A DNA stretch of 63,619 nucleotides, filler included, from Folioceros fuciformis (lineage: Eukaryota): NCBI GenBank assembly GCA_049999805.1. It is 10 parts of 10 records of this genome, joined end to end, with 100 filler letters (N's around TTAATTAATTAA, not from the genome) between each part and the next. Parts side by side here need not be neighbours in the genome. Positions count along the whole stretch, not along the records: positions 18,245 to 30,539 come from JBNGIO010004543.1; positions 30,640 to 47,110 come from JBNGIO010004544.1; 8 more parts are not named here. One strand, given 5' to 3'. Shown one piece after another: positions 25,319-38,104 of the stretch (position 1 is the stretch's first letter; each line of letters opens with the position of its first letter). Position numbers and translations under genes: made by a program. The notes under the pieces were generated by a model. It was not told the origin of the DNA, searched no databases, and worked only from the letters and a program-made list of their open reading frames with translations.

Positions 25319-26404
25319 AGTAGTTTTTGCCATGACCATAGGAAGAATTTTCAAGAAGGGAGTGCGAAATATAAAGCATCATGAAACAAACTCTAAGCGA
25401 AGTAAGGATACGCTTCATCCTAAGGTTGACGATGCTTGATTTGGATGGTTTGTAATAATAGAAAGAAAGGTTACTATTTATGATGGTATGTTGTATGAAA
25501 TAGGAAAGCACTTTTATGATCGATTACCAATAGCTAAAAGATTAGAAAAACCACCCTCATTTTCTCATGGTTAAGTGACAAAGTTTAAGCATTATCATGG
25601 TATTGATGATTATGTGAAGGATAGAAAAGCTAGAAGTGCTGATACTTCACAAGCAATCTAAGATTGAATGGCAACCATTAAGTGTATCATGTTAGGATAT
25701 GACCCTTAGAATATTTCCAATACGAATAAAACTAGGTTGTTTTATAAGTTGGAACTAAACAAAACATTGGCAACGAAGAGGCTAAGTGGCAAGAAAATAC
25801 TCCAAAGAAAAGACTACTTGTTGCTTTAACAACCAATATAGATGGTTGTTATAAATTCCTATCCTTTGCGATCAACAAATTCTTAAGGCCAAGAGTCTTT
25901 AGTAGTCGAAACATTCGACGATAAGAGAATCTTGGTATTCAATGGTTAATCATCTCAAATGATTGGATGTTGGAACAATTTCTTCTCTTTTTTAATGCTA
26001 ACATAAGAGTTAGGGGCCATACTAATGAATTGCTTCTTTTTTATTATGCTCTGGTTCATAAAATATTATCTAAGACACAAAGTAGGCTTCAAATTACAAT
26101 GGTTGAATTTTTTCTTGTTATGTTACGGCCAGCTACCAATCCCTGGATGCAAGCATTATACATTCTTTCCAGGCTAATTATAAGAAAAGTGTTATTCAAC
26201 ATCAAATCCAAGAGATTCAAAGCAATAGTTGCATTGCTTTGCAAAGAGCATTGGCCAACATGATCTTTAGGACAGCAACAAGCGGAGGTCAAGAGGCTTC
26301 TTCCGCACCAGTGGTAGGTAGACTGCGGGCAAGTGGGTATGGTACCCCTACCAGGCACCCGCTCACATGTATCATGATCACATCAATCTCATGGTCGTTA
26401 TAGG

Positions 26405-27020
26405 CTTCCTCGGAATCGCTCCCCTTTGAGCCTGGTGAGCTACGTATATCGTTCCCCTACAATAGTCAACCCTACCAATCCTGCAACACGTCTAGTCAGT
26501 AAGTAGGCACCATTCCTTCACTTGGAAGGGCCTCAATACCTCCCCTACCGATTTCTACCTCCCTACACTTAGTACCTTTTCCTCACAAGGCTCCTTACAA
26601 CACCTTCCTCACGTCCAGTCAGTAGGTAGGCACCATTCCTTCACTTGGAAGGGCTCCAGTACCTCCCCCTACCAATTTCTACCTCCCTACACTCAATGCC
26701 TTTTCCTCACAAGGCTCCCTACAACACCTTCCTTAACCCACAATCTAGCTACTCGTCTTCCTACACCCAACGACCAAGTTTTCCTCCGAGCTCGCTCCGC
26801 TCCCTCCAACTATGTTTATCGCTCACCTTCGACATTCAACCTTCCCCAACGCATACCTTCAACATGTCCAGTCAGTAGGAAGGCACCATTCCTTTACTTG
26901 GAAGGGCCCCTGTACCTTCCCCTACCGATTTCTAACTACCTACACCCAACACCCCTTCCTCACAAGTCTCCTCACAACACCTTTCACAACGATCCAGATG
27001 CTCATCTCCCTACGTCCAAT
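26405..27020 (+). repeat. Dispersed retroelement repeat with internal GCACCATTCCTTCACTTGGAAGGG units
   Basis: Homologous to 51300-52070 (reverse) and 62750-63140. Confidence 0.8.
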
Positions 27021-28439
27021 GACAAACAAGGTTTTCCTTGGGCTGGTTGTTGCGTGCTTGCGCTTGTTAGCGAGAACTTCCAGGAAGTCTTTCCCTGGAG
27101 TCTACCCTCAAGCCAACAGCCACACAGGTATTGTCACACACCTACAGCAGCAAGACAACCATTCACAAGGGAAGCAACTTGCAGGGGTGCCCATGGAAGA
27201 ATATGAGCCCTCTGCCAAGTACTTCGACCACTGCAAGTCTAGCCATAACTAGGCGCTGTGATGGCATATAGCCGGCAACAAGATTCCTACGCTCTGCTGA
27301 GCATGAGAACTCGCCATGAGAAGAGTGCAGAATGTGGTGGTTCATTTCTTTGTGTAGCTCCTCCTTATAGGAGAGATCGACACATGAACCCTCTCCTACA
27401 TGTAGGTGATGGGCTACCCTTCTCTCAAACTAGGCGCCACCAACTTTAACTGCGCACACCTACCAAGAGACCAAGGCCTACCAATAATTGCCAAGATAGT
27501 GCACGCCGCTGAAGATTAGGACTGTCGGCGCTGCCATAGAAGATTTGTTGACCCTCTCTCCGAAAAAGTATGGCTAGGACTGCTCCTATAGGGAGACAGA
27601 GTCTGAAGGTTGAGCTATTGGGCCCCCCTCCATTATTGGGATTCGTCTTCTTTTGGATCCACGAACTTCCACCGTACCTTCCTCTATGTGGATCTCTTAG
27701 GATATCCCCTCACCACCACCTACAGGTTTGGTAGGAGAGGGATCCCCTTGTTCCTCAACTTGAGGCTTCTTCCCTACGTAGGGTGGGAATGTTCCCTCTG
27801 TAGGTCCCTAGGGTCCTTGTTGCTCCCTTCGTATGTAGGTTCCCTACCATTCCTTCCCCTCCCCTCATAGGTAGGTTGCCTACCCCTCCTCTCGTAGATA
27901 GGTTCCCTACCATTTCCACCCATTGTCGTAGGTAGACAGCCTACCCCATTGCCGTAGGTGGGGTGTCTACCGTATAAAGTACCTTACCTACCTACGTAGG
28001 TATCTTCCATTTTCCCCACGTAGGTACTCTCTCTATGTATGTAGGTAGACATCCTACTATGTAGGTATCTTCTTATTCTAACCTACCAGAATAGAACTAA
28101 AAAACTCCATAAAACACTTCACGCTCACTACCTACCATGAGCACTTGCCCAAAAACCTACCTTCTACATGCTTGCCTTTGGACTATTCTGAATAAAAAGA
28201 AACCAAATTAGACTTTCCTATACCAATTACCAAACTTTTTCCGTTCCACATAGACCTTTTGTTGTTCAACATCAGGACATTTTGGGAGCAGTAGGTGAAG
28301 GATCGCTAGAGGAACCACATGGTGAAGGAGGAGAGGAGAAAGAGGTCACACTCTTACACAGAGTCTCACATTGCAAGAGAGCTCAAGGGGGTATTTATAC
28401 CCTCTAGAAGAGCTCCCAAGGAAGCTTCACAAGAAGCGC

Positions 28440-28830
28440 ATAAGAAGTGCTTCTGTAGCTCTGTCCTCCACTGAGGCTGAGTACAAAGCCCTTACAGATG
28501 CAGTTAAAGAAGCCGAATGGGAGAGGAGTTTCCTGGCCGGTCTTCGGGTGCCATAGCCCTAGCCCACTACAACCTTTTGTGATAACCAGCCCACCATAGC
28601 TCTTGTAGGGAATCCGCATTTTCATGTACACACGAAACACATAGAAATCCAGCATCATTTCGTGCGCCACTCTGTTGAAAGGAAAGTTGTTAGAATTGAG
28701 CATGTATCTACAAACTTGAATGTCGCAAACTTACTCACAAAGACATTGCCTGGTCCTAAGCATACCTTTCATCTAAAACAGATGGGATTGGTAGATCATC
28801 TCAATGTATCTCCTTCCCCTTCCCTTTCAC
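28440..28830 (+). mobile_element. Copia RNase H remnant
   Basis: VALSSTEAEYKAL...FCDNQ...TKHIEIQHHFVR. PPT-like aagggggtg followed by TGTTAGG at about 29150. Confidence 0.85.
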
Positions 28831-29309
28831 GTTAGGGTTCTTCGTGTCTAGAGATGCTTTCTTCAACTCTAACAACAAGTTGCCGCGGATGAAGCTTTAG
28901 CTCGCTATTTGATTGTTGCGCCTGTTGCTCTGGTTTTTATGCTGGCAGCTGGACATGTTTTGCCTCTGCCACTCTGGCCTTTGGTGCTTCATCACTCGCC
29001 TTGCGACAACAACACATCTCCCAGTTCTCTTGCCAACTTGCAGTCCTGTGCTCAGGGTTTCAACTAAGAACTGTAAGCGCTGTGGTACACACAATTACTT
29101 GTGTGTTGCTCTCAATGGCCTAACGAAACAGCTATGACCTTAAGGGGGTGTGTTAGGATAAATAATCTCTGATTATCTATTTACAAAAATAAGTACATAG
29201 CATTTCATTTTTGTTTAGACTTATAGGGTGAAGGGGCACCAACCCCAAGTGACTTATAATATACATTTTTGGAACATATATTTTAATTATTGAAGTTTAT
29301 TCTACTTGT

Positions 29310-30440
29310 TGTCTCGCCTTTCTTTTACTTCTACCATGCTCACAGCATATATGAAGACTCCTATCACCTTTTGTCAACTTCAGAACATGCCTAACATCCT
29401 TTAGTACGAATGAAGATTTGTTGTCAAACTTCAGCTGCACATCACCAACGTCTGCAATCTCGCATGTGTAGTTATTTCCAAGCCGAACACATCCTTTCCT
29501 AGTAGCATCATAGGTGTTAAACCACTCCCTATGCGGAGTGTCAATTATCCAATTAGAGAATAAGTGACTATTCACGGCTGTCAATTGCACAGAATCGAAG
29601 GAGGAGGAGATAAGAATATCTGCATCGTCAACAAAATTCACCTTGTTAGGCTTAATACTCGAGCTTGCCTTGTTGTTGCTCTGTATCTTCTTGAACTTCT
29701 CGCAGTCCCTTCTGATGTGACCCTTTTTGTGACAATGGTAACACTCAACATTGTTACGACTACGAGATTTGCATTTGCTACAGGAAAGACTTCGTTCCTT
29801 GTACTTCCCCTTTAAAGTGGACCTTCCTCTGACCATGAGAGCATTGGAACCTTTCGAAGGTTCCATATTCTTCCTGTTCACCTCCTTTGTTAACAGGCTA
29901 CCTTCTACATTTACAATGGTGAGACCAATGGCAAGAGCGGAATTACTCAGAGCTGTACAAAAGGTGCCCCAACTATCTGGTAATGTGACCAATAGAAACA
30001 TAGCTCTCACGGAATCTGGGAACAAGATACCTTGAAATGAGAGCTGGCTGAAAATAGTATTGAACTCATTCAGATGATCGGACATTCTTGTCCCTTCCTT
30101 CATCTTCAAGTCCACCAGCTATTTCAACCAGTACACCTGAGAAGCCGCACTTTGCTTCTCATACAGGTCACACAACTTCTGCCATAGCTCGAAACTTGTG
30201 GTCTTGTCTTTCACATTGAAGTAAACCGACTTCGACAATGTTAGTATGATGGTAGATCTAGCAAGCTCATCTAGATCCTGCCACTCATCCTGAGTCATGC
30301 TAACAAGTTTCACTCCTAGCAATTTTATGGGCTTGATCTGCTTCTTCTGCACTTGAACATTATACATTAGTTCTTTCCAGAACGGGAAGTTAGTACCATC
30401 TAGCTTCTCGATATTGAACATGACGTTTTACAAGGACGTC
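29310..30440 (-). mobile_element. Copia (Tnt1/Tork-like) gag-protease, disabled
   Basis: FNIEKLDGTNFPFWK, HLNEFN, LLVTLPDSW, CYHCHKKGHIRRDC, LKDVRHV. Stop at 30119. Confidence 0.9.
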
Positions 30441-30639
30441 ATGATTCAAAATCGATGCAAATCAAGCAAAAGGCTAGTTAGAAACTACTGCCGGAATGTA
30501 ATGTAGATTTTGATAGTTACCCTCACGCCTTGTTCCGAANNNNNNNNNNNNNNNNNNNNNNNNNNNNNNNNNNNNNNNNNNNNTTAATTAATTAANNNNN
30601 NNNNNNNNNNNNNNNNNNNNNNNNNNNNNNNNNNNNNNN

Positions 30640-33060
30640 TTGTAACCACTAAGCAGCCTTACCCACTGTATGGGGAAAGGAAGGGTGACGAGGATCCTGA
30701 CGACTTTGTTGAGCATTTTGAGCAGTTGACCATTGCCAATCAGGAGGCAAGGGATGCGCAACGTGTTCCGCTGTTCTATGGAGTCTTGCATGGAGCTGCA
30801 GCCAAGTGGTACAAGCGGGAGTACCTCAAGTCGTCCACACCTCGAACCACCTTCCAAGCATTGAAGAGAACTTTTTGTGAGAGGTTTCGAGGAGTGGATG
30901 TTGAGGGATACGTCCTGTCCAAGCTCGAGAGGTTGCGAAGGAAGCCAAGGGAGACGTTGCAGGCCTATGTGGAGAGATTCCACAGCCTGCGGGACCGTGC
31001 TGGCCCCCATTCAGAGCTCATGGCAATACGCTGGTTTGCTAGGGGCCTAGGCACAATGATGGGGAAGCACGTACGACTCAAAGCTGAGAAGGATCTGGAC
31101 CGAGCAATCAGGGCTGCCCTGAACTACAAAGAGTCCAATGCGGAGGTGTGAACCTCCAAAGTTTGGGGTAGTGGTTTGTTTTGGTTAAAAAAGGGTTAAT
31201 AGNNNNNNNNNNNNNNNNNNNNNNNNNNNNNNNNNNNNNNNNNNNNNNNNNNNNNNNNNNNNNNNNNNNNNNNNNNNNNNNNNNNNNNNNNNNNNNNNNN
31301 NNATAGTGGTATGGTTTGGTTTTCTTTTTCTACTTCTTTTCCCTAATTTTCCTTTATTTTCTGGTCATTTTTCTTATTTTTCTTTGTGCTAATTGGTTAA
31401 TTGATCAGGAAATAGTTGGTTTGGTTATTAGAGTGGGTATAGGTTTGGTCCCAGACCTGGGAAAGTTCAGGTCCGGTACCGGGCCATAGGATTATTAAAG
31501 CCCAATGTAATTAAACTAATGTGATTAGTCTAAGATTATGTCTAATTAAGTATCATTAGTTTAGATTAGCTTAAGCTAATTTTTAGGAAGCTTCCTGCAT
31601 AGCTTCCTGTGAGCTTCTTGTGAAGCTTCCTTGGGAGCTTTTCTAGAGGGTATAAAGGGAGCTCTTGAGCTCCCTTTACAAGAGAGATGAGAGAGAGCTG
31701 TGTGAGAGATACTGTGAGACCTCTCTTTCTCCTCTCCTCCTCTCTTTCTCTCCTCTCCTCTCCTCCTCTCTTCCTCTCCTCTCCTCTCCCCTCCTCTTCT
31801 CCTTCATCATGTGGCTCCCTTTCCGGTCCTTCAAGGATCACAAGGTGTAATGACCAGGGTGAAGGGGCTTGCCCCTAGCTCTTGATTGTAAAGGATGTGT
31901 CTTTCTCTTGACCTGTCCACTCTTGCTCCCCGTTTGGACAAGTGCTATAGGCCGGCCATGTTTCATGGTGTCTGGTAAGGTTGTGGGGAGAAGATATCCG
32001 AGGGGGTGTGGGGGAAGTGTGTGCCCTTCTTTCTCTTCTTTGGGGTTAGTCTAGTGACTCTTGCCGGGTAGGAGGAGTCAATAGGGAAGTGTAGAAGGTA
32101 GTGGTGTCGTTGTTAGTTGTTGGTGTTGGTGTTGGAGTGAGAGAGCGAGTGAAGTGAGTGAGGGAAGTCGCAGATCTGAGAGGTTAGGGTTGTTGTAGTG
32201 ACTGGAGTGAGTTTGTGGGCACCAAGAGAGGTGTAGCTGACTGCTGGACAGCGAGGCCTGTCCTACGCCTGATCGGAGTTGGAGGGAAGCCCTCGAATCC
32301 ATCATCGAGTCGATTGAGTCCGACCCTCCATTCACAGCAGCAAGGAACCCCATCGCTCCTTCGTGGGAATGAAACCGAATGTCTCAACAACAGTGGGATA
32401 AGTGTGGCCACTAAAGGTGGAACCCGTCGCCAATCAGTGCCCGGGGTTTTGCCTCCACAGAAGGAGAGGAAGAAATCAAGGAAGGACGAGAGGAAGGGCC
32501 GGGGAGATAAGAAGAAATCCAAGAAGACCAAGAAGAAGTACTCCTCGTCCTCGGATGATAATTCAACGGAGCAAGAGAGCTCTTCCCAGGACTCCTCTGA
32601 TAGCTCCACGGAGGAAGAAAAAGAAGAAATCAAGAATCGAAGCGGAGTGGAAGCGCCACACCCGAAGGGAGGAGCTGGTGAAGGCAAAACATGATCTTGC
32701 AAGTGCAAGGAAGGATGCTGAACATGTGAGGAGGGACTTAGGCTGGAAGACAGGGATGCTGTGACTTGGCGACAGTAGGTAGTCGAAGCGGCTACTGGTA
32801 GCCGAAGGAACAACGCTGGTTGCCGAAGGGAGACGACGGTTACTGAAACCCCTACCTGCACCAGGAGGCTTGGAATAGCAATAATTGCAGCCAGAGTGAC
32901 AGGAGGCAACCAGCATCCTGGGAGGAGAGAGAGTGCACAGCCAGGATGGGTCAGCCAGCAGCAGGAGTGAGGAAGGATTTGCCCAATTTAGCAGTAAGGA
33001 GGGAGAGCGTGAAGATTTTGTGTGGCACGGGAAGGTGGGCCAGAAGAATAACTAGGAGGA
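30640..33060 (+). mobile_element. Gypsy-type gag ORF split by a nested insertion (about 31147-32459)
   Basis: EDPDDFVEHFE...LHGAAAKWY...FCERF...ETLQAYVERF...WFARGL; continues as the K/S-rich linker at 32460. Confidence 0.75.
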
Positions 33061-33479
33061 GAGAGAGTGGCGTTGAGGTAAGCCAAGAGTGGTTGCATCT
33101 GAAAATAATATTTAGATAAGATTTGGTAAGATGCTATTCTCACCTGGTGCCGCCTACCATTAAGAGCACTTTTTTTTAAAGTTGACTATTTTAGAGCTAG
33201 ACTTTATGACGGGCTGTGGCTCCCGCTCTTGGAAACTCTATACAAAAGGGGCCTGTTGGTGCCTCTCTGATTAGCAAATGGTACACTCGGAAAATAGCGC
33301 TTGACCCAACACCCCAAAATTCAATATCCTTCATATACATCTGCTGTGTCTCCTTTAGTCTCTGCATCGTCCTGAGGAACCAATCCTTCATGTTCCCCCA
33401 TTCAGTCCCATCTGCCTTCCCACCTCAACCAAGGCATCGACCCTGACAACCCCAGATTCGGCCAAAACTTTTGATTTCT

Positions 33480-33625
33480 CCCCCTAAGCATCACTCAACT
33501 TTGCCGTACTTAGCATACATGTTGAGCAGCCCGCTCTCCACCATTTCCACTACATCAGCATGCACCTGCTTGCCAAAGTCTAGGTCATGTGCTGAGGCAC
33601 AGGCCGTTAGGGCTCTTTAACATTC
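33480..33625 (-). pseudogene. PLS-type PPR fragment
   Basis: LTACASAHDLDFGKQVHADVVEMVESGLLNMYAKYGKVE. Confidence 0.6.
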
Positions 33626-34639
33626 GATACCGGAGGCCAGCACTAACTTGGCACTGCCACTGTTAGACCAGAACATCCAATGCACCCACAACCTCGCCCA
33701 GCTCTACCTCCTCGCATTGCCTCTCCGAGGCCTCAACCGTGGGCCCTCTGCTCTCGCATGCCATCACCATGTCGGGGAAGCTTAACACCTAGGGACTTCT
33801 TCATGTTCCAGCTGCACCTCCAGGTTTCCTTAGATTCCCAGGAAGTTGGACCCTCCAACCAAAACCAGGTACAGCTCCCTCCCCTCCGCTCTGAGTCTAG
33901 CCGCTAGCTGCTCCAGATAAGGCTTGTAATCCACATCCAGGCCCAAGGCACCAGGCCGGCTTTATCCGGCGGCAGCCTTTGCCAGCTCATAAACTTCCAA
34001 AGGCCCCCCCTCACCTCACCGAGGAACTTGAAGGCATCCTTTATCCCCAGGGCCTCATCGATCACTCCGCAAAAGCCATAGCCATCCTCTAGGAGGCAGT
34101 TGATCCTCCTGATCCCCTTGGTGAAGTTATACTAACTGTGATTGCTTGCCACTCTTTCCAGCGGCTGCTCGCATTCGTGCCCATTCCGGCTTGCCATCGT
34201 TGTACACTGCTAGCAGCACACTCCCAGGAACCCTGACTCACCTTCACATGCACTGACCTAGGGTTCCACGCACATCTGTACACTCGACCCAAAGACCCAG
34301 CCCCGTTACTTTTGGTTTTTTCCATGGATCGGCTGTTCGCCTTTCACCCACAACCACTACCTAGGTCCCCATCGACCTACCTAGCCTAATTTCCCAACAC
34401 TTCTCCATAGAATTCAACCAAAACTAAAAAAAAAAACAAATACTACCATTTTTCTAGGGGATCCATTCACCATGTGGACTCCACATCTGGTCTCTGCAAA
34501 ATTGGATTGTTGCATAGCCTGTTCTTCACCTCTAGTAATGCCAACTCTTGTTCCTGCCCCCAACACAATTCCTTACAATTCTTCAACAATAGCTTCAATG
34601 GCCTCACAATTGAACTCATGTTAGGTTGTACCTTTGATA

Positions 34640-35135
34640 ATAACTAACAAGTCTAAGAAATGTTCGCAACTTGGAAATGTCCGTTGGCCTCGGCAATTTC
34701 ATAATGGCCTCTACTTTGGCCATGTAAGGTGAAATACCCTTTGGAGTAATCTCATGTCCAAGTACAACACCTTGTTATACACAAACGTACACTTACGAGG
34801 ATGATATTTAAGACCCTATTTCTTCAACCTAGCAAAGACTTTTTCCAGCACCTGAATTTGCTCTTCAAAAGTCTTAGTGAAGATAATGATGCCATCCACA
34901 TAACACCTTGCCTCAGGCACGTCTGCCAATGCACCATCAGCATTTTATTGGAACACCACAACATAATTCTTTAGCCCAAATGGCATCCTTAGCCATTCAT
35001 ATAATGAATCTCTTCCCCAAAATGTCGTCTTGCACCGATCCTCCTGCACGATGTCAATTTGGTTAAAGCCTTGCCTAAGATCCAATGTGGAGAAGTAGTA
35101 AGCACTTCCAATGTCATCAAAGATTTCATTAGGAG
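34640..35135 (-). mobile_element. Ty3/Gypsy reverse transcriptase remnant
   Basis: YFSTLDLRQGFNQI...KTTFW...YEWLRMPFGLKN...CYVDGIIIF. Confidence 0.9.
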
Positions 35136-35302
35136 TAGTTGTTATGTCTTGCTCTACTTAGAATGGTTGCTGTAATAAAGTTTTTATGTTTTGCTCCGCT
35201 TAGAATGGTTGCTGCAATTAAGTTTTTATGTTTTGCTCCGCTTAGAATGGTTGTTGCAACAAAGTTTTTATGTCTTGTTCTGCTTAGAATGGTTGCTGCA
35301 AT
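35136..35302. repeat. About 41-45-bp tandem repeat x4
   Basis: Repeated core cttagaatggttgctgca...aagtttttatgt. Confidence 0.85.
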
Positions 35303-35593
35303 TTGTTGCTATGAGGTAATGCATTTTGTTGTATTCATGTCATGCTCCTCTGAAAATGGTTGTCATTTCGGGAACACAAAGTAGAATAGGATAACAATTG
35401 TCCATAAGAGAATGCAGCTTACATTCTTACGTCTTGCAGGTGGACTTATAGAACAAATCATACTATTTGAAAGGCAAACCGACACACTTATGGATTTTGT
35501 GCAGAGTGGCATTTTACTCATGGTACGTGATATTTATTGTCTTACATTTAAATACCAATTCTTATTATTATTAAAAATTAAATAAATCATTAT

Positions 35594-36548
35594 AGTAACA
35601 ACGCTGGTTTGAGTGCCAAGCAAGTAAGCTCCATGCAGAGGCATGTTTAGCAGAGCAGGTTACTACGAGCATGAGAAGCATGCAACCCTAGGAAAAAGTG
35701 TGTGGTACTGAATAATAACTTAAGGCTTAAGTAAATGCTTAAGTAAGTAGTTGCTAAGTTAGTGACTTGAGCTTGTGTATAAAAGGGGACCTAGCCAAGG
35801 GCTAAGGCAAGTTCAGTACAGTTGAGTTGAGATCAGTATCTCCTCAAAGCCTTGAGAGCACTAGGTGCTTGGGCTACGCCTTGAGAGCACTAGGTGCTTG
35901 GGCTACGCCTTGAGAGCACTAGGTGCTTGGGCTGCACCTTGAGAGCACTAGGTGCTTGGGCTCCGCCTTGAGAGCACTAGGTGCTTGGGCTCCGCCTTGA
36001 GAGCACTAGGTGCTTGGGCTGCACCTTGAGAGCACTAGGTGCTTGGGCTGCACCTTGAGAGCACTAGGTGCTTGGGCTACGCCTTGAGAGCACTAGGTGC
36101 TTGGGCTCCGCCTTGAGAGCACTAGGTGCTTGGGCTACGCCTTGAGAGCACTAGGTGCTTGGGCTACGCCTTGAGAGCACNNNNNNNNNNGCTACGCCTT
36201 GAGAGCACTAGGTGCTTGGGCTACGCCTTGAGAGCACGTGTTGCTTGGACTGTGAGAGCACATGAAAGGTGCTGTGAAGGAGCTGTAGGAGGAGGTCAAG
36301 AGAAGGGAGAGCTAAGCTCCTAGCTTAGGCAAAGATGGGGAGTTCTCTCTAGCCCTTCAACACTGTATATTCTTGTTGACTCGTGATTTGAATAAAGAGT
36401 AGCCAGCACCCTTGTTCTTGTTGACTGGCAGCCAGCACCCTACTGGGCTACTTGGAGGCCTAGTGCTGTGTCCGGTGTTTAATAACTGACCCTTGCCTTT
36501 GCTTCTGACTACGTGGTTACACCCCACCCCGCTCAAGGGGGTGTTACT
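35594..36548 (+). mobile_element. Solo-LTR-like insertion with AGTAACA...TGTTACT ends and 5-bp TSD ATTAT
   Basis: TSD at 35589-35593 and 36549-36553. TATAAAAGGG at about 35778 and AATAAA at 36391. Confidence 0.75.
35850..36238 (+). repeat. 29-bp minisatellite, at least 12 copies
   Basis: Unit cttgagagcactaggtgcttgggctacgc. Confidence 0.95.
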
Positions 36549-38104
36549 ATTATTGTATTTTAAGAAAATGAAACTTAATTCCTTCATAAAAATATTTTGT
36601 GGCAAAGCTGTGTCGAATCATCCCTTTTATCTCCCACAATAGAAAAGGAACGTGGCAAGGAACGTGGCTTACGCCTTCTCGGGTTAAGAGGCACAATGGA
36701 TGTCACCTTAGCGATGACTAACCCGGGACTGACACTTGGCGGCGGCACACCATAACAGAGGTGCCAGATTTGGTCGGACCAATCCGCAAGGGCATCGCAT
36801 GTACACTCCAGCCTCGGAAGCCGGAGGCATGGCGAGGAAGGCAGCGGAAACACACCACCCACATCTTCGAAAGCACGCTTGCCCGGATCGATTCACAGAC
36901 GGCCAGGGAGAAATGGCTCGTCACCCGTGTTTGCAGTTTCTTAGCGGTTAAATGCCTTACAGGTCCTGTCACCCGTCAACACGCACAGCGACCTGGAATG
37001 GTGTCACCGCTCGCGCATTTGACAACCATGCCGCCACCAGAGGCCTAGCACATGCTTGCTTGTGCCTATCGAGCTTTGCTGGCACACCACACCTCTATGA
37101 GCTTCCACCGCAAGCTGGGGGAGGAGGGACGGAGATCGATCCTGATGCAGGTGTCATCCTATCTCTGTGCTGGAGCCCAGCGATCCGCACAGGCTTCTCC
37201 ACTCTGCATCCGTAGCCATACAATTCATATAGCTACACACAGGGCCGATAGAGTTCTTCTTCATCATTTGCACGATAAGTCCATCCGTAGTTGGCCTAAA
37301 GTAGATAAACAGTAATTTGTAAGTCAATATACAATGACATCTCAGCACAAAGTCTCTTCTTGAGGAATGGTGACCTTAAAAGCCTTTGCTCTAGACCTGA
37401 TGTCCGAAAGCTGCAAGCTAGCCTCGACGGAAAGATGAGGGAGATGCATACCACTCATTCCCTAATGCTGCAAGCTAACATGGACTGAACGACATGGACT
37501 GAACGATGAGGGAAATGACTACCACTCATTTCTTAAAGTCCTCCTTAGAAGAGAAGAGTACCTGATGAAGAAGAGAAGGATTCTCTAACAGTGGAAGGGA
37601 TGTAGCAGTGACTAGAGTAATCGTTGGAGCAATTCTAATCTTTTGAGTCTTTGATAAACATGCATACAGATCTTGAACAATGGAGCAACTTACATTAGTT
37701 TTTACCTTTTCTTATTTTATATTTCATCCTACTTTACTGATAGTAATACTATTTATATAATAATATTAAAATAATCTAGAGAGAAAATAAAAACTGTACG
37801 AAGATATTTCATCCGGGACCTTCAGGATGATCTCAAAATGTCTTGTGTGCGTGGTACACGTCAGTCGTCGGGCCGAATGGAAGGAAATGGGTGGAAGAGT
37901 AAATGGTGCAAGACGGAGGATGATGTCCAACATTGCTTTTCTTAGGGTAGAATGGGAGCTTCTGGAGGCTTCTGAGGAAGAGGTTTAGGGCAGGCCGATT
38001 CGATTGTCTCCAGTGTGTGGTTGGTGAGGGCTATGGTACCTAGCTGCTGTCAGGTGTGTAATCTGAGGTTGAAGGAGAGTCGGGTTCTAGACGAAAACGC
38101 TTAG

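Noticed and set aside
33197-33391. Possible acyl-CoA-binding domain fragment
   Set aside because: Similarity too weak to support.
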